Below the pieces are notes generated by a model. That model searched no databases. It was not told where the DNA came from and worked only from the letters and a program-made list of their open reading frames with translations. From the NCBI RefSeq assembly GCF_001194135.2, contig NC_068986.1, positions 64,280,904 to 64,325,533 of the forward strand: a stretch of DNA of 44,630 bases, given 5' to 3'. The translations under genes and the position numbers were made by a program. Source of the DNA: Octopus bimaculoides (taxonomy: Eukaryota). This document shows, piece by piece, positions 11,490 through 25,256 of the stretch (position 1 is the first letter of the stretch; the number at the start of each line of letters is the position of its first letter).

Positions 11490-12696
11490 NNNNNNNNNNN
11501 NNNNNNNNNNNNNNNNNNNNNNNNNNNNNNNNNNNNNNNNNNNNNNNNNNNNNNNNNNNNNNNNNNNNNNNNNNNNNNNNNNNNNNNNNNNNNNNNNNNN
11601 NNNNNNNNNNNNNNNNNNNNNNNNNNNNNNNNNNNNNNNNNNNNNNNNNNNNNNNNNNNNNNNNNNNNNNNNNNNNNNNNNNNNNNNNNNNNNNNNNNNN
11701 NNNNNNNNNNNNNNNNNNNNNNNNNNNNNNNNNNNNNNNNNNNNNNNNNNNNNNNNNNNNNNNNNNNNNNNNNNNNNNNNNNNNNNNNNNNNNNNNNNNN
11801 NNNNNNNNNNNNNNNNNNNNNNNNNNNNNNNNNNNNNNNNNNNNNNNNNNNNNNNNNNNNNNNNNNNNNNNNNNNNNNNNNNNNNNNNNNNNNNNNNNNN
11901 NNNNNNNNNNNNNNNNNNNNNNNNNNNNNNNNNNNNNNNNNNNNNNNNNNNNNNNNNNNNNNNNNNNNNNNNNNNNNNNNNNNNNNNNNNNNNNNNNNNN
12001 NNNNNNNNNNNNNNNNNNNNNNNNNNNNNNNNNNNNNNNNNNNNNNNNNNNNNNNNNNNNNNNNNNNNNNNNNNNNNNNNNNNNNNNNNNNNNNNNNNNN
12101 NNNNNNNNNNNNNNNNNNNNNNNNNNNNNNNNNNNNNNNNNNNNNNNNNNNNNNNNNNNNNNNNNNNNNNNNNNNNNNNNNNNNNNNNNNNNNNNNNNNN
12201 NNNACAGTTTGTTGTTGCTGTTTTTTTTTGTGACGGGAGCTGTAAATGTTCCTGAGAAACGTACGAACTTCATAACATCGCATTTACAGTCGCATTAACT
12301 AAAAAAAAAAAAGAAGCATTTTGTGTTTTGCCAAAACAAATATATATAATGTTCTTGATATCTAATTTTTTTGTACACAAATTGTCCAATCAAGACTAAT
12401 TTGGGGTTAGATAACAACTATAACTACGTTAATAATGTGGTCACAAGAGTTGAAACTAAGAACTTGAACTACCGGAAACCAGATACTGAGGCGCAATTTC
12501 AGTCCCATCCCTGTTTGAAGCTGTTTTACTTAATTTAGATCTTAATAACAGTGAAAAATGCACGAGTGCCTAGAATAACATCTTATTTCCTCATTAGTTT
12601 TATTCCTATTCAAGAATAAAGAATAGATTATTTTGTTGTTATTGTTGTTGTTTAGTCTCGCCCATCCTTGGACAAAAATTGTCAACCTGTGACTTT

Positions 12697-13050
12697 CATC
12701 TTTTATCTTCTACTTGTTTCAATCACTAGATTCCGGCTATGCTGTGTCAACCACTTTGAAGGGTTTAGCCGAACAATATTTTTAAAGCCTGGTACTTATT
12801 CTATCACTCTCTGTTTGCCGAAATGCTAAGTTGCAGGGACAAACCAGCGCCGGTTGTCAAGCAGTAGTGGAGGATAAATACAAAAACAAAGACATCCTTC
12901 CACATATACAATGGACTTCTTTCAGTTTCTGTCAATCAAATCCACTCACAAAGGTTTGGTCGACCAAAGCTATAGCAGAAGACACTTGCCCAAGGCTCCA
13001 CGCTGTGTAATGAACTCGGAACCATTTGGTAGGGAAGCAAACCTCTTACC
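12697..13050 (-). mobile_element. SINE family A copy
   Basis: Tail tcttttatcttctacttgtttc through aaatccactcacaaaggtttggtcgacc...gaagacacttgcccaagg...ggaaccatttggtagggaagcaa. Confidence 0.85.
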
Positions 13051-14265
13051 TGCACTCCAAAAGACTTTCTAAGTCCTTTTTTCCAGATACTGCAGTGTAT
13101 TTTGTTTCTTTAAAATGTTGATTAAGACGGTGCAGTGTGCTTTGGAATGATTTGTTTGCTATTTCAAGCATGTCGAACAATCACATAATGGCTCCCTCGT
13201 TAGCATGTCGACATCCGTTTGATGACGGGAGCCGTAACGCAAATGGTAAGCAATTCTGAAGATGAGCTAGAACGCTGGTTTTAGTCTCTGTTAGAACTCA
13301 TTTCAGGTTTATATCGATTAATAATGTTTCCGAGAAATGCATCAACTTCACAATTTTGCATTTGTATTAAATATTATGTCTGTGCAATGTCAAAGCAAAT
13401 AATTATATATGAAAAACCTCTTTAAAAGCCTCAACAACAAAAACACTCAAACAAGCCAGCCTCTTATAACAAACGATACTAAGCGAATGATTATAAACGT
13501 TCAAAGAATTGTAAATATCAGTGTCACCGAAAACCAGAAATAGGTAAGTACCGAGATGTAATGCTCGAAGCAAAAAGAGGAAATAAGTATTAAATGAAAT
13601 GGAACCAAGTTAGCAGCTTTCGTTATTACAAGAAATCGAATACTTCTCTGTGTTTTGTTTTTAAAAAGGATTACTGGAACAGAAGACATGAACAAATGTA
13701 CACTCTTGCTGTCTGTGTCTGTGTCTGTGTCTTTGTCTCTGTCTGTCTGTCTGACTCACACACATACACGCGTATTTATCATTATGGGTAGATTGATGTT
13801 TTGGTAGATAGCAATAGTGGGACAAATGGAAAGATAACTACATTAATAGCTAGATAGATGTACACTCTTGCGATAACTGTATTGATAATATTGATAGATA
13901 AGTAGAAACAATAAATAGATAAATACATAATTATTGAGAGGTGAGAAATAAATCATAATACATAGTTGGTCATTGGATCAGCACTAAAGATGACATCTTC
14001 ATAGACTATATCAAGAGAAAGTCAAACTGAAAAGACTGACTGGTCGCGATGCTAAACTCATGACACGATTTAGATTCTGACGACAGAAACATCAATAGGT
14101 TATAGAATGCTTCTTCGATTTATTGGCATATAAACTTTTACCTACCCAGAGTACTCGATTACATCTAAGAAGATTCATTCTGTCTTGGCCATGAACGCAT
14201 CGCAGCATCGGTGACGTAACACGAGTCGTCGGCCCTTTGGATGATCTATTGACATCCTATCAGCT

Positions 14266-14557
14266 TAAATGTCATAATGTTATGACCTCTCTTTCGTACC
14301 TTCTTCCAGATATATATATATATATATATATATANNNNNNNNNNNNNNNNNNNNNNNNNNNNNNNNNNNNNNNNNNNNNNNNNNNNNNNNNNNNNNNNNN
14401 NNNNNNNNNNNNNNNNNNNNNNNNNNNNNNNNNNNNNNNNNNNNNNNNNNNNNNNNNNNNNNNNNNNNNNNNNNNNNNNNNNNNNNNNNNNNNNNNNNNN
14501 NNNNTATACATATATGGAAGACGATACGAAATAGAGATGATAACATTACGACATTTA
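14266..14557. repeat. About 45-bp inverted repeats enclosing a (TA)n tract and gap
   Basis: taaatgtcataatgttatgacctctctttcgtaccttcttcca versus tggaagacgatacgaaatagagatgataacattacgacattta. Confidence 0.85.
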
Positions 14558-14564
14558 TCTACAT

Positions 14565-14773
14565 ATACTCTTTTACTATTTTACTTGTTTCAGTCATTGG
14601 ACTGCGGCCATGCTGGAGCACCACCTTTAGTCGAGCAAATCAACCCCAGGACTTATTCTTTGTAAGCCTAGGACTTATTCTATGGGTCGCTTTTGCCGAA
14701 CCACTAGTTTACGGGGACGTAAACACACCAACATCGGTTGTCAAGCGACGTTGGGGGGACAAACACAGACACA

Positions 14774-14832
<59 letters not shown>

Positions 14833-14998
14833 GACGGGCTTCTTTCAGTTTCTCTCTACCAAATCCACTCACAAGGCTTTGGTCGGCACGAGGCTATAGT
14901 AGAAGACACTTGCCCAAGGTGCCATGCAGTGGGACTAAACCCGGAACCATGTGGTTCGTAAGCAAGCTACTTACCACACAGCCACTCGTACACCTATA
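14565..14998 (-). mobile_element. SINE family A, near full-length copy
   Basis: Complete from the (tcttttac)n tail to the head ...cttaccacacagccactcgtacacctata. The reverse complement gives A-box TGGCTGTGTGG, B-box GGTTTAGTCCC, then ccttgggcaagtgtctt (CORE-like). Confidence 0.92.
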
Positions 14999-15135
14999 TA
15001 TGGAAGTGCGAAAAGAAAACGATCCACTATGTAACTAAACCTGTGTCATTAGAGTTGACTTGAGTGAAGATTACAATCACTTAACATTGTATACGCGAAA
15101 AGAAAAAAGAAGAAAAAGGAGGAGGTGGAGGTGTT

Positions 15136-15213
<78 letters not shown>

Positions 15214-15759
15214 AACTACCTGTTGTACTGCGCTACTGCTGCTTGCAATAATGAATTATACTGCCGAGCTGTGAATCGAGAAACGAAGACGCCTTTACGT
15301 GGCCACTCGATTTGCTAGTAATAGCAATCAAGTCTTTCTCAAATCACAAGCGCGCGCGCACACACACAATCATACACAAAGAGTACCATGCATATTCACT
15401 CAAAATAATAAAGAAGACTGCATGAGATAATATAATCCTACATGTGCTATGTGTGATAGAAAAATGGAAAATGACATACGATTATACTTGGAACACCTTT
15501 GATCAGAGGTGACCCAAAGTTAACAAAACCAACAGTCCATGCTACCTATTTAGAACTATGTTAACTCGATAGAATTTAGTAGCTTCACCATGGGGCAGGT
15601 ACAATACAGTTCTAGTCACAGGTTCACAGGTTACGAACCACCAAATTTTCATTGGTTGGTCGTCCGGCGATTGATCTACTCGACCATCTGCGTAACCACC
15701 GCTATCTCCCACCGACGAATTAATTCCGTCTCGTAGTATAAATACGAAAGTGCTTACTA

Positions 15760-15900
15760 TAGTGGTTAGAGTGTTGGGCTCACGACCGTATGGTTGTGGG
15801 TTTGATTCCCAGATCGAGAAACGCGTTGTTTCCTTGACCAAAGCACTTCCTTTCACGTTGTTCCAGTCTGAAGTGAATACCAGTAGTATCTGACAGCTCA
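15760..15900 (+). mobile_element. SINE family D (tRNA head plus ccttga.caaa.cactt...tttcacgttg.tccagt core)
   Basis: tagtggttagagtgttgggctcacgaccgtatggttgtgggtttgattccc is tRNA-like; the following core is shared with 18230 and 37690. Confidence 0.7.
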
Positions 15901-16807
15901 TCCAAAAAGGAGTCCTGTTCTCTGAGCCGCTTATGCGCCTGGGAAACCGGTTGGCTAGAGACAGACTTTTTTAACGCAGAAAAATTTTCTTTCTTTTTTT
16001 AATTATCGTAATATGGAAAAACTGCATATAAGAGATGTTAATTGCCTCGGCTATTAATTGAAGCAGATTGTCACGAATATTTAGCAGTAACTTATACGTA
16101 AATTACTGGTGCATCCGACACATTGAATTTCCTAATAATTGCTATCTATCCGGTTTCACTCATAAGAGCTAGGTCAATACGAAACTATGATAAAAGACAT
16201 TTATTAGCCCATGATGTCACGCAGTGGGCTCGAACCAAAAACGTCGTGACTGTAATAGGAACTTCATAAGCAGTCAGACATTCTAGATTGTACTTATACA
16301 AAGATCCGACCCTGTCATACAGCTAAACTAGTACAAGTCGGTTGGTTGGATGGACATATGGATATCTGTTGAGTTACCTCCCACATGCATTGATAAAAAG
16401 GGCACGGCATCAAGGAAATTTTGCAGTTATTGATAACAAATCTAGAGATCACATATATACTCCCTCATAGCGTCATTTAAAGACTGGTTTTGTGAGAGGG
16501 AGAATGTAGAATATTCTTTTCTAAGAAGTATCTATAATCGACTTATTCGTCTTTAAAAAGATCCAGTGGGATTTTAGCTAAAATTCGTGAATATAGATGT
16601 TATAAAGCTTCAATGCACCTTATTTCTTCTAATCACTCAATATTAAATAGGAGTTTCATTGATGAGGCGCATCTCTTTGCGTCAGGTGGAATGATACCGT
16701 ATATAGCGAGTACATGTTTTGTTTTTACTTGATTACAGTGAGAAAGTATGAAACATACAGTCAGTATTTTCTGTAAGAATTGAACTCAGGAGAGTCAGTA
16801 GGGAGTT

Positions 16808-16900
16808 GTTTTTATCTTTTATCTTTTACTTGTTTCAGTCATTAGATTGCGGCCATGCTGGGGCACCACCTTGAGGAATTTTAGTCGAACGAATCGACTC
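16808..16900 (-). mobile_element. SINE family A, 3' fragment
   Basis: tcttttatcttttacttgtttcagtcattagattgcggccatgctggggcaccaccttgaggaattttagtcgaacgaatcgac. Confidence 0.8.
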
Positions 16901-17273
16901 CTTTTCTTGTTCTTATTGTGCATTCATATCCGCTGTGATTGAGAAAATCTATGCTTAAACAATTTTCAACCATGACTGTGCAGTCTTTTTCTATAACTAG
17001 GGCTATATAATCCCATGTGTCTTTCTTTTTACAAGATAGTATGGAGTGGTTTGAGAGAAATTTGGCTGCTATTTCTTGTTGCTCGGACGTTGACTTAAAT
17101 GTCCTTTCTTTGGCTCGTTTCACCAATGTTAATGACACAGCAATGGAATATAAACATACATACATACATACATACAGAGCCATATATACAGACGTGTAAT
17201 CTTATCACAAACGCACCTACTCATATGATATTCACACATTCGCAAGCATACACAACACACACACGCACACGCA

Positions 17274-17307
<34 letters not shown>

Positions 17308-18229
17308 NNNNNNNNNNNNNNNNNNNNNNNNNNNNNNNNNNNNNNNNNNNNNNNNNNNNNNNNNNNNNNNNNNNNNNNNNNNNNNNNNNNNNNNNNNNNN
17401 NNNNNNNNNNNNNNNNNNNNNNNNNNNNNNNNNNNNNNNNNNNNNNNNNNNNNNNNNNNNNNNNNNNNNNNNNNNNNNNNNNNNNNNNNNNNNNNNNNNN
17501 NNNNNNNNNNNNNNNNNNNNNNNNNNNNNNNNNNNNNNNNNNNNNNNNNNNNNNNNNNNNNNNNNNNNNNNNNNNNNNNNNNNNNNNNNNNNNNNNNNNN
17601 NNNNNNNNNNNNNNNNNNNNNNNNNNNNNNNNNNNNNNNNNNNNNNNNNNNNNNNNNNNNNNNNNNNNNNNNNNNNNNNNNNNNNNNNNNNNNNNNNNNN
17701 NNNNNNNNNNNNNNNNNNNNNNNNNNNNNNNNNNNNNNTTCCCTTATTTTTCAATTTGCTTGGACGATAGTTTATGAAAAATAGAAGCATAAAGTAAATG
17801 AAAGTAAGCTTCAATCAAGAATGGAAACTCTTTTCGAATTCGACACGGTTGCTACCTTATCTATTATTCGCAGAACCCTCACAAAAAACAAAACAAAACA
17901 AAAAAAAAGCAAAAAACAAACAAAAAAAACCCCAATAAATAAAGCCTGGATACCATAAAGTATCTAGATAAATTCGCTGGGTTTCATCAGAAATTACATA
18001 CATACATACATACATACATAATAGATACATACATACATGCATACATACATACATATGTACACACACACACACTCACACACGTGCGCGCGCACACGCACAC
18101 ACGCATATTTGTGCTCTTTAGCACTGTACGCCTACAAGAGAAGCTTTCTCATGACGATCACGGAAGTCCTGACTCTCGATGATACATGATGTTATTCTGA
18201 AGCAATATTGTTTCTATCGTTAATAACAC

Positions 18230-18462
18230 TAGATCATGAGTTCGATTCCCGGCCTGAGCGGTGCGTCGTGTTGTTGAGCAAAACACTTCGTTTCACGTTG
18301 CTCCAGTCCACTCAGCTGTAATTGAGTCACCCTGCAGCGGATTAACATTCCAATCAAGGGTAATGTTGGCCTGTTCGCCAAGCCAGCGGGGTGGCATCAT
18401 TCGAAAGCTAAAACGATGCAAAGCGCATTGTGACCAAGGATGTATAACAAGAGTCGATAGTC
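18230..18462 (+). mobile_element. SINE family D copy ending in (CTAT)n
   Basis: gagttcgattcccgg (B-box)...ttgagcaaaacacttcgtttcacgttgctccagtccactcagctg. Confidence 0.75.
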
Positions 18463-18464
18463 TG

Positions 18465-18544
<80 letters not shown>

Positions 18545-18909
18545 GTATATGTATGTATGTACTAGACAGGGCATAAATAATGCTCATTACATATTTTCTT
18601 TATTGTAGTAAATTTGACTTACAGCTATTTCCAGTAGTCATTGTATGTTCCTTGTTGATAGGTTTACTCAATCAGCCCATTGAACTTATAAATTATTTTG
18701 CCCGGATTGGTAATCCCTCACTATTAATTAATTAACTAATTATATGTCATTCTTCAGTTTTATTTCAAGATTTCTTGCTAATAGAGAAAGAGTCGGTTTC
18801 TAACCTAGATCCAAGGGGTCCTTCATTGGAATTTCAATATGAACAACAGGATATGTAGGCATGTATGTATGTATGTATGTATGTATGTATGTATGTATGT
18901 ATGTATGTA

Positions 18910-18940
<31 letters not shown>

Positions 18941-19020
18941 GTGTATGTATGTATGTATATATTTTGATGTTTTTATATGAGTGTGTACGTGTGTGTGTGT
19001 GAGTTTATGTATGTATGCAT
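18465..19020. repeat. (CTAT)n/(CTGT)n and (TATG)n/(GT)n microsatellites
   Basis: Direct reading (18465-18560 and 18860-19020). Confidence 0.95.
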
Positions 19021-19401
19021 TTATGCGTGTGTGCAAAATCACTACTTTAAGAAGCACTATAATGAGAACTCGCAGTGCTCATGCCTCTTCCAACATTTTC
19101 GACAACTGAAGTCGTCCTTTATTGAGAATAGTTGGCTACATTGTGAAATAACTTACACCAACAACTTACAGTTGCACCCTCGTGAACAGTTATCATTTCT
19201 GAATTAGGCACATTATCTAAAAATTGTAGGGAAAAGTAAAACGAGGTTATGTAACGTTTAAGCTTTCCTCATGGGGAATAGTAACTCTTGCGGTATTTAA
19301 TTACATCTCTTCATGTTCTGATTTCGAATCCTTCCAAAGATAATTTTGCCTTTTTATCTTTCTAGGATCGACAAAATATGAAGTAATTATGAATAAGGTA
19401 A

Positions 19402-19864
19402 TTATCTTTTACATGTTTCTGTCAGTGGACTGCGGCCATGCTGGGCACCACTTTGAAAGGTTTTAAGTGAACAAATCGACCCTAGGATTTATTTTTTTAA
19501 AGTCTGGCACTTTAAAAAAAAAATGAAGAAATGAGAAGAGAAATGGAGAAGATCTCTTTTCCTGAACCGCAGAAGTTACTGGGACGTAAAGAAGCCAACG
19601 TAAACAAGTAGTGTGTGTGTACGTGTATGTGAGTGGGGGTGGTGGGGGTGAGTATAGATATAAAGATGACACACACAAACACTCATACACACATATACGA
19701 CACATTTCTACACATTTTCCGTCTATCAAATCCACTCACCAGGCATTGGTCGGCCCGGAGCTATAGTAGAGGATACCTATCCAAGGTGCCGCGCTATAGG
19801 AAAGGACCTAAAATCACGTGGCAACAAAGGGAGCTTCTTAACCATACAGCCATGCCTACACCAA
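19402..19864 (-). mobile_element. SINE family A copy (diverged)
   Basis: Same block order as the 14565-14998 copy, with more substitutions. Confidence 0.8.
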
Positions 19865-20247
19865 TATTAATTAGCAACACATGTTGAAGTGAAATGGCTT
19901 CAGTTAGGGAGGAATCCTGAATCGCTATACGACCCACGCCATGAGTCAATGATCAACTCTCTACGCGTTCACTCAGCCTGACAAACGTCTCTCAAACTAC
20001 ACCTTATACTTTGAAATAAAGGACATATTGGATAACATGATCCTAGATACATTATGCATGAAAAATACACATACACATATAGTCATGGCTGCAACACCTT
20101 TGATGATAAGCCTATTTCATCATGTCATATATGGGGCTACACAACAACAGTAACTGCAATAGAATCAAAAATCCTAACAACAACAACAACAACAACGGTG
20201 ACGATATCAGCGTCTCGCATTATATTGTCTTTCAATATTAACGGAAA

Positions 20248-20790
20248 CAAAGGCGGTGAGCTGGCAAATTGTTAGAACACCGGGCAAAATGCTTAGCGGC
20301 ATTTCATTCGTCGTTACATTCTGAGTTCAAATTCCGCCGTGGTTGACTTTACCGGTCACACTTCGGGGTCGATAAAATAAGAACCAGTTGAGTACTGAGG
20401 TCGATGTAATCGACTTATCTTTCGCCATAATTTGAAAGAAATGTTAACAAAAACTAGGCCGCGAAATAACAGAAACAACGCGCCGGACAAAAATGCTTAG
20501 TGGCATTTCTTCCGGATCTTTACTTTCTGAGTTGAAATTCCGCCGAGGTTGACTTTGCTTTTCTTTCGGGTCGACAAAATAAGTACCAGTTGAGCACTAT
20601 GGTCGATATAATCGACTTGCTCCTTCCCACCAAAATTGCAGGCATTGTGCCTATAGTAGAAAGAATATTAGCAATAAACACGGGCTGCAAATTGGCGGAA
20701 TCCTTAGACCGTCAGACAAAATGCTTTGTGGTATTTAAGTACAACTCTTTACCTTCCTTCTCCAAATCCTGTGGTCCCATCATTGATGTC
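20248..20790 (+). mobile_element. Three head-to-tail SINE family B copies (third degenerate)
   Basis: Heads at ~20250 (aaggcggtgagctggcaaattgttag), ~20475 and ~20680. The B-box tctgagtt[c/g]aaattccgcc is present in the first two. Confidence 0.75.
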
Positions 20791-20814
20791 AAGTTATTAG
20801 CAACTCTTCTGATA

Positions 20815-21270
20815 ACCTCCTCATTCATCCCTCAAGTTCCTTATTCTATATTCATTACCTTCTTACATAGAAGCCCTCTCCCTACTCCGTACGTCATATC
20901 AACTGAATACACTCATGCCATAACTTCAATCCAACCTTCGATATCCAAAATATTTGGGGATTACTTACGTAGATTATGTTTATTTTAAAACATACAACAA
21001 AACCTCCCGAAACTCGAAACCCATAATTATGTATTGCCCTAGATTTAATTTGACTTCCAATGAAAGCAATCAAACAATACATATTTGTTATAATACAAAC
21101 AACTAAAGCACCTAGAAAGCAAAAATCCTTTAACAAATTCATCCCTACGAGAATGAAGGACAACTGAGATCAATGAGACCACAAGATATTAAAGATTAAC
21201 AACGACAAGCATATCAAACATATTTCCATCATCAGCTACCAAACGGATATCACTATAGTTTCGACACCTG
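20815..21270 (+). mobile_element. Degenerate LINE reverse-transcriptase-like relic
   Basis: AITSIQPSISKIF (~20917-20955) resembles RPISLLPSISKIFE. SIISYQTDITIVS (~21225-21263) resembles a YADD motif. Spacing is shorter than usual, implying deletion. A diverged second copy of 20818-20990 lies at ~22955-23130. Confidence 0.33.
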
Positions 21271-21809
21271 AATAGTACTGTTCAACAGCGGTATCAACAG
21301 CGTTAAAAACATAAACGCTGCTTGGGGATTAATAAACAAGTAGCAGGAGCGAAACATTTGCTGATGCATCCATTACGTCTAGCGAACATAAAATTATCAT
21401 CCATTCTCAATGATTTAATTTTACTTTTTTGTGCTTCTGACGTCAATAACACAATTAATCAAATATTGGGTTCAATCTTATCGATTAAACTCACCCATCC
21501 CAATCTGCCTAAGTTAGAAATCAATATTAACAGAAATGAAAAGAGATCAACTGGCAGCGATACAGTACTGGATTAAATGTTTAGTTTTCATCTCTCAACT
21601 ACCTAGGTTCAAATTTCGCCTTAGTTCAGTTTTACTCTCACCTCTACGGTTTCAAAAAGTGAGTACCAGTAATATATTGAGCACTATTCATTTGGCTGGA
21701 CACTACCACTTCAACTTTGTGACCTTGTACCAACAAACAATATTACGATAATGTAAGAAAGCAACATCAGAAGGACCAGAAAGTGTTAAGAAAAGATAGT
21801 ATCAATCGA

Positions 21810-23730
21810 ATCCCCTTTGTTATATCATTGGTATTATTTTATTGAACGTGGAAAGCAAAGGCAAAATCCCGTGAGATTTGAACTCAGAACATAGGGCTTA
21901 ACACTGCAGAACATTTTGTCCGGTACTCTACCACACTGTAACTCTAATACTCACCAGCTGTAATAAATATATCTTCATTTAGTGCAAGACAGCACAGTTT
22001 CGAGGAAGAGTGTAGTTTTGGAATGGAAGGATATAATCGATTAAGTCACTCAAACGGTCCCACCACCTCCAATAAATAAATGAATATAAGCCAAAAGAAA
22101 ATAATTATAATTTCTAAGAAAGTCACAACTTCGTGGCGAATGAATAGTGAAAGAAATTAATTCCAGTATTTGAATGTAACGTATAACACCCACAGAATGA
22201 TGGATAAAAAAAGTTGACTCGGTGAGTTTCGACAGTGACGTAACTAAATACCGTAAATGTATGTAATATGCTGTTCTACAGGATTTGCCAATCTAGAACC
22301 CTGAGGATGAATAAAAATAATGGAACTTATAGTAGCTATAACTAGTTGCTGATAAATTACAGTGCATTATGATATTTGTAATAGTTGTCTTAAGTGCACT
22401 GGTAGCTAAAGAGAAAATATTACGTTATCTACAATAAGGTTTTCACACTGGATTCTATAATATCTATTTCTCGCCATCTCAAATATCCTTGATGTTGACT
22501 TTTGATGTTTTCTCAATATAAAACAACAACCAGAAGTAACTGTCTCCTTCTGACAACTCAATTTAGATGAATGCTGCTAAAAGTACGTGTTGCACTTCCA
22601 ATATACTTTAGCTTCTGCTTCTCACTAACAAGTTAGAATACTCCAAAAAAAACGAGAGAATCATTATGTGTCTATCCACTCAACTAAAGATAGCAGCCCA
22701 ATCTCCTCAAATCACATCTTATCTTCTTAAAGAAAGAAGAATGTAGACGATGATATGGAAAAAGATGGTTACAATAACATCATAACATGCTATTATTCAG
22801 TTTCTTCTGACAATTATTAGAATTGAGTGACTCTTTATTGTGATCTAGTCACTTCATATGTGGTATGTAGGTTATTACTAGTTCTTATATTCCAAGCAAC
22901 ACCGCAATCTTATCATTTACGTAAAATTATTAGGAAGCCTTATGTTAAGTCCTTCCTCATTCATCCCTTAAGATATACATCCTAAATCTATGCCTGTTGC
23001 CTTCTCAAATAGAAGCTTCTCTCTGATCAATACATCAAATCAACTAAATAGATTCTAGTTATATCTTCAATATGATCTTCTATATCTAAAACATTTGTAA
23101 TTCACTTACATTCCGTTTGTTCTAATATATATTCTATGGACTACTAATCATATAAATCAGGAATATCATTCATTCTCACTAATTTAATCTTAAGAATGGG
23201 GTCACAAAATTACAGGGTAGGGAATGAATTTGTGCGACGTGAATACCATTCTAAATGATATTTCATTAGTGACGTAACGAAAGCAAAATGGTTATATCTA
23301 GGAATCGAGTCGGCGTCGAAGAATTCGTTCACCGCGAATTTACCTCAGATTTTTCAGTGCTTACTGAATCACATCGTTATTAAAGGGATCATCTTGAAAG
23401 TTCTCTCACTTCCAGATGTTTTTCCTGAAAATAACCACCCAAAGGATCTGTTGGCTTAAGCAGAACTTTACTTTGAGATAGTCATATTTGATTAGCTTTC
23501 AGTTTGGTATTTCTTAGGTTCACATTTCTATGGTTGACTTCTCTTAGTTTTCTTTATCTACCTTACAGAAAAAAACAGGGCTGCGAATTGGCTGAAATGC
23601 TAAAGTCCTCAGACCAAATGACTTTTACTCTAGAATCAACTGGTGTGATCGATTTTGTCACTCACTCTTCCAAGGTCGATGCATTTCATTGGACGTCGAT
23701 TCAATCGACTATGTCCTTCTCCGGCACGAC
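21810..23730. mobile_element. Further degenerate family B fragments (21810-21940 minus, 22000-22260 minus, 23578-23730 plus)
   Basis: Partial matches such as gagatttgaactcagaac and gggctgcgaattggctgaaatgctaaag...gtcgattcaatcgact. Confidence 0.55.
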
Positions 23731-24871
23731 AAACTTTGGTCTTGCGACTTAGTACAAGAATCAATATAGTATTAAACCTCATACATTTTGACAAACCTCA
23801 AAATAGGAAAGGTTTCTATCATGTAAAATCAATTCCGTCATGCACTTATCCACCCACTCACTCCCTCTCGCCTCCTCTTATGATTTATGCCTGGTGTCCT
23901 TATACAGAGATTGCGGAAAGTGGAATAAAGTAGATTAAGAAGAGCCTACTCGGATATTGCTTATGTTACTTCCTGGCCAGTAACTGTTCGCATACCAAAT
24001 ATGACAATATTTGATAGTGGGGAGAAAGAATAACTACATCCTAAGTAAAGAAATAAAATAAAACCATCGACTGTTCACAATTGTTCAACTGCATCGACCC
24101 ATATAATGTGCTAGTAGAGATTCTTATGTATAACATTCTGATAATGATTACAAAGAACCAATTCAACACAGAAATATAAACTATCGGATATTGTTTAAAG
24201 GAAAAACATAGCATTAAACAGTAGAGGGATAAATCTCAGCTTGGATAGAAGACCAGTATGTGGCAAGTAATATGCCCTGGAGGTCTACTGTCTGCTTCTT
24301 GTATTTGGGTAGACCAAAACAGGCAGAATTAATTGCTTCCGCCGTTTCATTACCACAGCTTGGGAGGAATACTCCAAGAATTAGGCTCATAGTAATTGCT
24401 AACTATCAGAATTAAGGTGATGAGAATTATAACTACCTATTATATCTCCTTCATAAATAAATGATCTTATGATCACAAAAAAAATCTGTATTAGATTAGG
24501 AAGGTGTTATATAATTCTTTTTTCTAAAGCATTAGATATTTCTATAGGTCGGTCACTATCGATTGGCATCCGCGAATACAGAGGCTGACGCCTATCTTTG
24601 GGATCTACAGATCTTAACGAATGAAGGAAAACTTTACTTTGACAAGTACATGGCACATAGGGCCCTCATTTTTATATCTGCTGTAGTCGTTGTCATAATG
24701 TACATCTAGGCAAGGCACTTAACTACTTTATTTAGTTTTAAAATTCACTCCTGCAATACATTTGTTCCCATTTAATTATAGTAGGGGAATAATTTGAAGG
24801 TGATCTGGTTTCTCTTACGAATAGTTTGAGTGGCTGTCGAGAGGCTCCCACTTTGGCTTAATGATTATTTA

Positions 24872-25256
24872 GTTTTATCTTTTATCTTTTAATTGTTTCT
24901 GTCATTAGACTGAGGCCATGCTGGGGCACCGCCTTGAAGAATTTTAGTGGAATGAATCGGCCCCAGTACTTTTTTTTAAAGTCTGGTACTTATTTTACCT
25001 GTGTCTTTTGTCGAACCGCTAAGTTATGGGGGTTTAAACACACCAACGACGGTTGTCAAGCGATGGGGGTGCGGCAAACACAAACACACACACATACGAC
25101 GGGATTCTTTCAGTTTCCATCTACCAAATCTACTCACAAGGCTTTGGTCGGCCCGCGGTATAGTAGAAGAGACTTGCCCAAGGTACCACACAGTGGGATT
25201 TAACCTGGAACTGTGTAGTTAGGAAGCAAACTTCTTATCACACAGCCACACCTATA
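24872..25256 (-). mobile_element. SINE family A copy
   Basis: Same block order from tail to head (cttcttatcacacagccacacctata). Confidence 0.88.

Noticed and set aside
14930-14998. tRNA-like sequences here and at 15760, 18235, 29208 and 37520
   Set aside because: They run directly into SINE bodies and lack a complete cloverleaf; they are SINE heads, not tRNA genes.
15542-15901. 119-aa minus ORF containing GDSGG (serine-protease-like motif)
   Set aside because: It lacks the following P, the His/Asp motifs and the Cys pattern. Its start lies in a SINE, and using it as an exon would break EGF13.
24430-24545. IILFSKALD resembling the LINE RT motif FLDFSKAFD
   Set aside because: A single short motif amid stops; too weak to call.
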